This document shows positions 46,574 through 54,345 of a stretch of DNA of 64,000 nt, piece by piece (the stretch's first letter is position 1; every line of letters starts with the position of its first letter). The position numbers were made by a program, and so were the translations under genes. The stretch lies in the IMG/VR virus record IMGVR_UViG_3300031088_000645; one strand, given 5' to 3'. The notes under the pieces are model-generated. The model saw only the letters and a program-made list of their open reading frames with translations. It was not told where the DNA came from and searched no databases. This stretch comes from an uncultured virus (IMG/VR IMGVR_UViG_3300031088_000645). Taxonomy: Duplodnaviria > Heunggongvirae > Uroviricota > Caudoviricetes.

Positions 46574-47548
46574 ATGTCTGGTCGCCATATCAATGATTTG
46601 TTCCTCGCCTTCGGAGAAAGGGATGTCCGAAAGTTTGAGCGAGCCGGTCGCGCCATCATCCATGAGGAAGAGAGCAAGCGACACACTAACCTCGCTAAAT
46701 CGCTCTCTAAGAGCCTGGACACCTCCATTGGCAAGAGAGGCGGCACTGATGGCGTAGCGCCGCTTCCTGACCCGCCTGTGGACCGTGACACCCAAATCCC
46801 GCTTGCATCGGTCACGCAGCCAACCAGGCGGCTTGATAGCCTCATTCTCGATGAGACGGTCACCAGTCATCTGTCTGAGTTCATCTCCGAGGTGCAGCAG
46901 TGGCACAAGCTCGATGAGAAGGGTATCCCTCGTCGGAGCAGGATGCTGCTCTATGGTCCTCCCGGTTGTGGCAAGACCTCCATTGCCAGTGTCATTGCGG
47001 CAGAGCTAGAACGACCTCTCGTCACCGTCAAGGTAGAGAGCCTCATCTCCAGCTACCTAGGTCAGACGGCAAGTAACGTAGCGGCACTATTCGACTTCGC
47101 TCGTCAGGGTGAGTATGTGCTGTTCCTCGATGAGTTCGATAGCGTGGGAAAGAGCCGCGAGGACAGTAGAGACCACGGTGAGACCCGCCGTATCGTCAAT
47201 GCCATCCTCCAGCAGATTGATACCCCGATGGGCAACTCCATCGTCATCGCTGCAACTAATCACAGTGAAATCCTTGATGCGGCACTCTGGCGACGGTTCG
47301 ACCTCATCCACGAAATCTGTCTCCCTGACGCTAAGCAGATTACTGATGTCGTCAACCTCACTCTGGGTAGTCATGTCAAGAAGCGATTCGCTACGTCTGA
47401 TGTCGCAGAACTGGTTGGTCTCCCTCATTCCGCTGCCGAGTACATCGCCAACACCCTTCGTCGTCGATCCGCACTACTAGGTAGAGCAATCGACAATTCA
47501 GCCCTTCGTGATGCGGTCAAAGAGACTACCGACCGGCGCTGGTCATAA
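46574..47548 (+). CDS. AAA+ ATPase of the IetA-like (normally S8-peptidase-linked) type
   Basis: LLYGPPGCGKT, SSYLGQTA.N, LFLDEFD, AATNH..ILD.ALWRRFD; N-terminal F.....II.EE..K.H..LA..L. Confidence 0.8.
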   Translation: MSGRHINDLFLAFGERDVRKFERAGRAIIHEEESKRHTNLAKSLSKSLDTSIGKRGGTDGVAPLPDPPVDRDTQIPLASVTQPTRRLDSLILDETVTSHLSEFISEVQQWHKLDEKGIPRRSRMLLYGPPGCGKTSIASVIAAELERPLVTVKVESLISSYLGQTASNVAALFDFARQGEYVLFLDEFDSVGKSREDSRDHGETRRIVNAILQQIDTPMGNSIVIAATNHSEILDAALWRRFDLIHEICLPDAKQITDVVNLTLGSHVKKRFATSDVAELVGLPHSAAEYIANTLRRRSALLGRAIDNSALRDAVKETTDRRWS

Positions 47549-47562
47549 CAGCCCCGGCACAC

Positions 47563-47602
47563 AGAAACGCCCTCCGAGAGATGAATCCCGGAGGGCGTTT
47601 CC
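47563..47602. terminator. bidirectional terminator
   Basis: GAAACGCCCTCCG...CGGAGGGCGTTTC between convergent genes. Confidence 0.8.
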
Positions 47603-47615
47603 TATGCGCTAGTTC

Positions 47616-50600
47616 TTAGCTGAACTTCACAGTCTGCTTGTCATCCAAGTCAGTCGTGACGTTCGTGAATACGGCACCAGCAGGTCCAAGAAGACGTGCA
47701 TTGGCGATAACCGACTTGTTGTTCAAGGTGGTGTTCGCCTTGATGGTCAACGTGACGGTTCCGCTGGTAGCCGTGGGGCGGAATACCTTGTCCACGACAA
47801 CGCCGGTTCCAGCCTTGGTCTTTGCATCGAGTAGCTCGACGACCACAACGTAGTCCTGTCCAACCTTCAAGTTGTCATACTTGATGGTCTGAGTGAGGTC
47901 AGTGTTGTTCTTGGCTGAGTGGTCACCATCCTTGTCAGTAAGCTCCGAGATGTACTTCGGATCACCGGCAGGCACGGTAGGTGCTGGCGTGGTAACGGGA
48001 GGTACTGTCGGCTCTGTGACAGGAGGGGTGACTACCGGAGGTGTAACCACGGGAGGCGTGGTGGGAACGGTAGGTGCAGTCGAACCGCCACCAAAGGTGA
48101 CAGTCTGCTTGCTGTCGGTCACTGAAGCGAAGTTACCGTACAAGACTCCACCAGGACCGAGAAGACGGGTCTTAGCAACCACGGTCTTTCCGTCCAGTGC
48201 AGCAACGTAAGGCACGTTCAGCGTGACATCACCAGAATCAGTCTTGGCGTTGAATACCTTGTCCTTGACCGTACCTGCGATAGGTAGGTTGGTCTTGGCA
48301 TCCCACAGTTCGGTGACGATGGTGTAGTCATTACCTGCCGAGAAGCCGGTGTAGGAGAGCTTCTGTGTAACAGTGCTTCCGCTGGTTGCAGTGTGGTCTC
48401 CGTCAGCCGAGTCAACCAGTTCACCGATGACCTTGGGAGCACCAGGGTTGGTGGTCGGAGGGGTCACAACAGGAGGGGTGGTTGGCTCAGTCACTGGCGG
48501 TGTTACGGGAGGGGTAGTGACCGGAGGCGTGGTCGGCTCTGTTGGCTCAGGCTCGTTCGGGTCAGCAGGAATCGTTGGTGCTGATTCAACCGTACCGGCA
48601 GAGTGGATGAGCGCGTAGAGGTACGAGCGCGTGTTTCCGTTGTCGATGTCCGAGTCCTGGAGCTTGCTGTAGAGAAGCTCAGCACGCTTGGTGTCATTCA
48701 TCGCGGTGAGGGCAACATCCCAGTCAACCAAGGGCTGTCCAGATACGTTGTCGTTGTTCACGCCGAATACCGAGTCGGAGAGAACGTCAAGCTGCTCGTC
48801 TCCTACGCTCTTCAGGTATGCGATGTGAGCCGGTGCGACAGGGATGACCTGAATACCGGTGATGGCGGATGCGGAGCCGCTGAACCACGTAGCGTAGTCA
48901 GCCTTACCACCCCAGACCATCGAAAGCTGAGGGGAAGTGAATCCCGCGCGCTTCTTGGGGTCGAGGTAGTACTGAACGGCGGTGCGTGCCTCATTCGAGA
49001 ACATCCAGATTGCCTCATCAGCAAGCTCCTGGTTGCCCGATGCGGTTGCCCAAAGGTTCAGACCGATCCATGCGTTCGTTGCCTCAGAAGTGGACTCCTG
49101 GTTGTTACCGTCCTGGAACGGGGAGACACCAGATGCCCATGAGTGACCTGCGTAGTCGTCGAAGTTACGACGCTCGATAGCAGTTGCCGTGTCCTTGGTG
49201 TTGGCGATGTCTGCGGCAAGGAGGTCAGCGACTGTCTTGTACTTCGAGACTAGTGACGGGTCGTCAAGAGCCATAGCACCAGCGGCATACAGGAAGTAGC
49301 CGTAGTGGAAGTAGTGGTCGTTGAACTCGGTGTCAGAACCGTACTCAGCCTTCTGTCCGACGACACCCTTCAAGAGGTTGTCGTAGGTGAAGCACTTGGT
49401 GGATTCGGTCTCGCAACGCTCCGGGTCCATCCACATGTCGAGTTCAGCGACGATAGCCGTCTTCAACGTGGCGGTCTCGGTCTTCATGTCTAGCTGCTTG
49501 GCGAGACGGTATACCTGTACTGCTCGCTCCAAGTACTTGCCGCCGTAGTAGGAACCCTCAGCATCGAACTTCGTGACGGTGGGGATGTCCTTCTTGATCT
49601 GAGCCTTCAGAGTTGCCTTCTGGTCGTCGGTCATCTCAGAGAGGTCGAGGTCAAGCGGGGTGGAAAGAGCGGTGATACCGTAGGAGAACTTGTTGCCTGC
49701 GAGAAGCTTCTGGGTTCCCTGAATGTTCTCGTACGTTCCACCGAGCTTGCTGTCGGAAGAGATACCGTCCTGGTGAGGCATGGAGGCGAAGACGGTGGGC
49801 TTGTTGTCCTTGGTCTTCAAGGTGAAGTCCGTGGTTGCCTTACCGTCAGCTACTGCGTATGCCGTGGTTGCGCTCTGGAGTTCAACTGCTCCTGCATCAA
49901 GGGTCTTGATGTCGGCTGCGGATGCGTTCTTCGGCACAGCGTAGGTGTGAACAGTCTGTCCAGCACCAAGCGCGAGAGTGCCATTGGTGAGCTTGCCGGG
50001 GGTGATGACGTGGTAGGTCGTACCGTTGCCATCCTTGAAGGTGTAGCCGCCGTCGATTGCCGTGATGGCGCTCGGTGCGGTGACTTTGAGGTTCTGTGCT
50101 GTGGCAGCCTTGTACTGCACGTAGACCCAGCCCTCAGCGCTGGTCAGGGTTCCGAGGTCTTGCGAACCCTTCTTGTAGGTCAGGTCTGCGGAGAGGTCAT
50201 CAATGCGGGTCAACTGGTAACCCGATGCTCCCTCTGGTGCGAACTTGATCTGGTTGTCATCGGAGTACATTCCGAAGACGGTCTTAGGTGTAGCAACGAT
50301 GTTCGGTGAGAAGACACCGAAGCTGTCAGCGGCTGACTTGAATGAGATGGAACCGGTGAAGGTCGGCTTGTAGGTTCCATCTCCTACGAAGACAGCGCCA
50401 GAGATCCATGAGTTCGTGGGAGGGTTGATACCATCCTTGACTCGGATTCCCTTGTTACTGTAGGCGGAATCTCTGAGGGGTAGCTCAGAGGCGGAGGTGT
50501 TCGCTTGGTCGGACCACGAGGCAGCAGATGCGGACATAGCTGAGAATCCAACCACCGTTCCACATGCTAGAAGGGTGGTGAGTGTTCCTGCGACGAACTT

Positions 50601-50636
50601 GGTGCGCTTGTTCAGGCGCGGCTTAATTTCGGGCAT
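47616..50636 (-). CDS. secreted GH81 endo-1,3-beta-glucanase with PT linkers and two VaFE/TQ-like Ig domains
   Basis: signal peptide; PTNSW, YYGGK.L, FNDHYFHYGY, HSWASG, GNNQESTSEA motifs. Confidence 0.92.
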   Translation of the reverse strand: MPEIKPRLNKRTKFVAGTLTTLLACGTVVGFSAMSASAASWSDQANTSASELPLRDSAYSNKGIRVKDGINPPTNSWISGAVFVGDGTYKPTFTGSISFKSAADSFGVFSPNIVATPKTVFGMYSDDNQIKFAPEGASGYQLTRIDDLSADLTYKKGSQDLGTLTSAEGWVYVQYKAATAQNLKVTAPSAITAIDGGYTFKDGNGTTYHVITPGKLTNGTLALGAGQTVHTYAVPKNASAADIKTLDAGAVELQSATTAYAVADGKATTDFTLKTKDNKPTVFASMPHQDGISSDSKLGGTYENIQGTQKLLAGNKFSYGITALSTPLDLDLSEMTDDQKATLKAQIKKDIPTVTKFDAEGSYYGGKYLERAVQVYRLAKQLDMKTETATLKTAIVAELDMWMDPERCETESTKCFTYDNLLKGVVGQKAEYGSDTEFNDHYFHYGYFLYAAGAMALDDPSLVSKYKTVADLLAADIANTKDTATAIERRNFDDYAGHSWASGVSPFQDGNNQESTSEATNAWIGLNLWATASGNQELADEAIWMFSNEARTAVQYYLDPKKRAGFTSPQLSMVWGGKADYATWFSGSASAITGIQVIPVAPAHIAYLKSVGDEQLDVLSDSVFGVNNDNVSGQPLVDWDVALTAMNDTKRAELLYSKLQDSDIDNGNTRSYLYALIHSAGTVESAPTIPADPNEPEPTEPTTPPVTTPPVTPPVTEPTTPPVVTPPTTNPGAPKVIGELVDSADGDHTATSGSTVTQKLSYTGFSAGNDYTIVTELWDAKTNLPIAGTVKDKVFNAKTDSGDVTLNVPYVAALDGKTVVAKTRLLGPGGVLYGNFASVTDSKQTVTFGGGSTAPTVPTTPPVVTPPVVTPPVTEPTVPPVTTPAPTVPAGDPKYISELTDKDGDHSAKNNTDLTQTIKYDNLKVGQDYVVVVELLDAKTKAGTGVVVDKVFRPTATSGTVTLTIKANTTLNNKSVIANARLLGPAGAVFTNVTTDLDDKQTVKFS

Positions 50637-50803
50637 GTTTTCCTTGGGTGTGTATTACACCGAATCGGGGTGCAACCTGTGTGGCTGCAATCGGTGTACC
50701 TCAAGGTTAGGGCAAGAAACAGGATTTGTCACCTGTTATGGGGTGGATGGGAGATTGTGCGCACAATAGGAAAACATGGCTCTTGTTCTGACATACTTAA
50801 TCA

Positions 50804-52159
50804 ATGAAGATAGGTAAGATAGAGGACAATCCAGAACACAATAAGAGACCACCTCAATCATTCAAAAGGGTAGAGAGATCTTGTCAATATTTTCTTAGCC
50901 TGTGGGATCAATTGCTATGGGTAAGGTGGTTCAAACCAAGCAAGACTCGTCAGAAAGCTGCCGCTATAGGACTGCTTATCCTTGTTTTGCTTGGAGCACT
51001 TTGGTATTTCCTGGGCGGGGCTATAGCTGGGGTTCTGTTTGACACTTTGATATTCGTGGTACCACTATTCTTGGCATCGGTATGGCTGACCTATAGCATA
51101 GTTGCTACTATTACTCAAATAGAGAAGTCTGATGTTGCTTCAAATTTCTCTCTAAGATATATCAAAGCAAGACAGACTAAATGGTATCTCTGGTTTTGGT
51201 TTGTACCGATATTAGCAACCATGTTGAGTGGCGGAGTATTTTTGTTTCTTACTCTGGCTGGAATTCCATTGGGAAATGATAGTAAAACTCCCGTAGAGCA
51301 CTGGAATGACTCAATGAAACCTGTCCGTGAGGTGGTAGTGAACTCACCACTCAACATAGTTTACTTATTCCTCGCTATAGGAATATCGGTAATAACTTCT
51401 AGATATATATATAACATAATCAGAGTCGTTGTGTATGATTTTTCCGACTGGACTATGAGAATAACAAGAAACACAAAGATAGTAGATGCTATAAAAAGCA
51501 CTCCTAAATTGACAACACCTATAGGTATTGAAGAAGCCGATGTTGATATGGGGTTCTTCTTTACTATAGACAGAATAATACCAGAATTAGAGAGGTATCG
51601 ATTCATAGGAAGATTTATGCAATATCAACATGAACTTATCAAGGACTCGAATCACAACTACTATGATATCGAGGTTCTTGCCGAAGACTCTATGGGAATA
51701 GTGCATGCTACTAGTTTAGTGCCAGTAAGCAACGACAATAAATCAGTGGGGGTTTATATCACTAGTAGTCAGAAATTGGCTATTGCACACATTGACGGTA
51801 GATGGACACACTGGGGAACAAGATTGCCTATATATGAAGATGATGACAACGATGATAAAATATTGTCAGCATCATTTCACGATTCAATCCAGACTAAAAT
51901 GGGGAAACAAGGTGTAGACAGCAGGAGAGGATTCGAGGGTCGGGTAGTACTTCAGGAATACAATAACAACAATCAACTTGTATTTTCCGTTGATGCTACG
52001 TTCCCAAGAGTCATATTGAAGTGGCTTCATTACCCCAAACCTCAACAAGGTTTTAGGAATAAGGGTAAGACTTACGTACACAAGAAGAGATTCTGGAAGG
52101 TGGATAGCAAGCATGATCACAAGAGCAATATTGCCTCATTCTTCAAAAGCCTGAGGTAG
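50804..52159 (+). CDS. AT-rich membrane protein of unknown function
   Basis: 451 aa ORF, about four TMs, foreign codon usage. Confidence 0.8.
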   Translation: MKIGKIEDNPEHNKRPPQSFKRVERSCQYFLSLWDQLLWVRWFKPSKTRQKAAAIGLLILVLLGALWYFLGGAIAGVLFDTLIFVVPLFLASVWLTYSIVATITQIEKSDVASNFSLRYIKARQTKWYLWFWFVPILATMLSGGVFLFLTLAGIPLGNDSKTPVEHWNDSMKPVREVVVNSPLNIVYLFLAIGISVITSRYIYNIIRVVVYDFSDWTMRITRNTKIVDAIKSTPKLTTPIGIEEADVDMGFFFTIDRIIPELERYRFIGRFMQYQHELIKDSNHNYYDIEVLAEDSMGIVHATSLVPVSNDNKSVGVYITSSQKLAIAHIDGRWTHWGTRLPIYEDDDNDDKILSASFHDSIQTKMGKQGVDSRRGFEGRVVLQEYNNNNQLVFSVDATFPRVILKWLHYPKPQQGFRNKGKTYVHKKRFWKVDSKHDHKSNIASFFKSLR

Positions 52160-52166
52160 GTGAAGG

Positions 52167-52961
52167 CTAGATAGCGGTATTGACTACAAGCTGCAATATC
52201 GTTTCACCGGCAGTAACACCACTTCGCTCCGTGACCTTGATGTTCTGCGCCAGACCCTTGTCGAAAAGCTCACCATGAGCCGGACGAATGGCGAAGTCAG
52301 CCCAGTTCATCATCCCGAGGTCGAGGATGGAGTCACCGGCAGCGAAGGTTTTCGTAGCCCCTAGACGACGGGTGACCTCCTGTGCGGCAGCTTCCTTGGT
52401 GATGACGTTGGGGATCATGTAGATGGAGCGGCTCTGGACGCTAAACCGGTAGTTCCAGTCATCCATGTGCGCAGTGACGTACTCGATGAGGCGGTCGGGG
52501 ATGAACTCACGACCGATGACGGCAACGAACATGTCGGAGGTGATACGGATCTTCTCGAACCACTCTTCATCACCGAACTCTTCAGTGATGATGCCGTAGA
52601 TGTCGGCGGGGAGCTTCGAGGTGGCACTGATGTCGTTGAGCTTGTTCTGGGTCCACTCCACGTCTTCCTCGCCGTTCACGAGGATCTTGCCGCCGTTGTC
52701 GAGAATGACGTACTCGGTCTCAATGGGAAGACCGACACGGCTGAACTGCTCGGGGCTACGAGTGGAGCAAGGAACGAACGTCACCGTCTCCTGTAGCTCG
52801 ACCAGAGCGTTAGCAGCCTCGCGGGTCATGAAGGACCATGCAGCGCCCTTGTGGGTCTCTACGACAACGAGTCCGTTGTGGGTGCTACTGAACTTGTCGA
52901 TCTGACGATTGGAGTAGATCATCGTCTGGTCAAGGTCGCAGAAGAAAACAGGCTTGGTCAT
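52167..52961 (-). CDS. Ter-cluster-associated HAD hydrolase
   Basis: DLDQTMIYS, PCSTRS..QF.R, NGG.IL, TK..A, AAGDS.LD. Confidence 0.9.
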   Translation of the reverse strand: MTKPVFFCDLDQTMIYSNRQIDKFSSTHNGLVVVETHKGAAWSFMTREAANALVELQETVTFVPCSTRSPEQFSRVGLPIETEYVILDNGGKILVNGEEDVEWTQNKLNDISATSKLPADIYGIITEEFGDEEWFEKIRITSDMFVAVIGREFIPDRLIEYVTAHMDDWNYRFSVQSRSIYMIPNVITKEAAAQEVTRRLGATKTFAAGDSILDLGMMNWADFAIRPAHGELFDKGLAQNIKVTERSGVTAGETILQLVVNTAI

Positions 52962-53089
52962 GAGTCTCTTTCGATTTGTGTACTACGACCCTATCAGAAT
53001 CACCCGTATATTGCAAACTGAAACGCCCTGCCTATCACAGTGAGTGACAGGCAGGGCGCATGTTGTCGAAAGCGACCAATCAAACGAGG

Positions 53090-53266
53090 CTAATCAGTCT
53101 TTTCGTCAATCTTCCACGACAGCAAAACCTCAAAGCCGATAGCGGTCAACTGGTCACGGACTTCCTTGGCTCGCTCCAGTGTGCTGAAACGCGCAACAGT
53201 AACGACCTTCTTCGGCTTGACAGCCTTGATCTGAACATCGTAGAACTTGGCTTTTTCGCTGATCAT
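53090..53266 (-). CDS. 58-aa protein, SPOR-like pattern (V.RFST.ERA......L...GF)
   Basis: AGGAG RBS; not in ORF track. Confidence 0.55.
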   Translation of the reverse strand: MISEKAKFYDVQIKAVKPKKVVTVARFSTLERAKEVRDQLTAIGFEVLLSWKIDEKTD

Positions 53267-53447
53267 GAAACACTCCTAGTAGTTAGTCTCAGCGTACCAG
53301 CAGCCATCTCATAGTGAGTCAGAATCCGAAACCATAGGGGCGAGTACATAACACACAATGCTCCGTTTGCATCTCTGAGCGACAGTGCCTGATGGTAACT
53401 TTTAGTAACACGGAGTTGATGTTAGCTTTTAGTGACAAGGAGAGCGC

Positions 53448-54338
53448 ATGTTGTTGCATGGTACGAATCAACCACTGCCACTAGGCACAGCCATCACATC
53501 GTCTGGTTCGCGCAAGGCTAAGCCTTCTTTCAGTGGTTCGTGGGGCAATGCTGTCTACGCTGTTGATACCGAGTTTGTACCACCGTATGACGAGATAACG
53601 CTCTCCGAGAGCGACTTGCTCTTCTACGACGAGAACATTGCTGATGGTCTAACGCCAGCCACCCAAGCCCTTTCCTCAGCCATCTCCTATGCTGTGCAGG
53701 CTGCCTGGCACCAAAATGTTGTTCACCCTGAATCAAAGTACGCGGGTCGATCAAGCGAAGAGTTTTATGCGTCCTACACGGGCGTAGAGGAATTTGAAAG
53801 CATGGCGGATGACAGATGGGTAGAGAGGTGGAACAAGCAACGTACCGATGACATGCCCCTCATGCTCGACGATAACGATTGGCAGAACCTGAGCGAGGCT
53901 GACCAAGCGGCATACGATCAGAGGTGGGCTGACTATACGGAGAAGAAGAATGCCCCGCCACTTCGAGGTATCTGGGTCTATGAAGTAGAGCGAGTAGGCG
54001 GGTTCATCGAGAAGGATAGCGAAGGTCAGCACTACTCAGACATGCGTATCCGTCAGGGCTACCTCAAAGTGGTCAACTGTGTCATCTGGGATGGCGCTCT
54101 GGTCGATGACAGCTTCGGGCTTCCACCTATCTCCGGCACCTATGCTGATGTGACGGATGAAGACATCGAAGAGCTTGAAGAGTGGTATGAAAATGACGTA
54201 TCCGTACCCCATAACTCACTGACTCTTCCCCTAGAAACACGTACTGCCAGCAAGTCCCATAAGTGTATGTACCCCTTGCGTAACGGTGGGGCTTGTATTC
54301 GACCTACACTGAATGGAAGATGCTGGCAGCACGCCTGA
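53448..54338 (+). CDS. putative Arr-like ADP-ribosyltransferase with C-terminal C3H zinc finger
   Basis: LLHGT...L..G..I, VYA, A..YA..A, VYEVE..G..E.D; C-x7-C-x8-C-x2-H end. Confidence 0.55.
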   Translation: MLLHGTNQPLPLGTAITSSGSRKAKPSFSGSWGNAVYAVDTEFVPPYDEITLSESDLLFYDENIADGLTPATQALSSAISYAVQAAWHQNVVHPESKYAGRSSEEFYASYTGVEEFESMADDRWVERWNKQRTDDMPLMLDDNDWQNLSEADQAAYDQRWADYTEKKNAPPLRGIWVYEVERVGGFIEKDSEGQHYSDMRIRQGYLKVVNCVIWDGALVDDSFGLPPISGTYADVTDEDIEELEEWYENDVSVPHNSLTLPLETRTASKSHKCMYPLRNGGACIRPTLNGRCWQHA

Positions 54339-54345
54339 CTATCAG

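Noticed and set aside
47980..48570. DNA tandem repeats in the GH81 gene (also 26200-26460 and 28170-28260)
   Set aside because: Explained by Pro/Thr/Ala-rich protein linkers.
53090..53266. Ribosomal protein L33 by size and basic start
   Set aside because: Translation lacks L33 motifs; looks SPOR-like instead.
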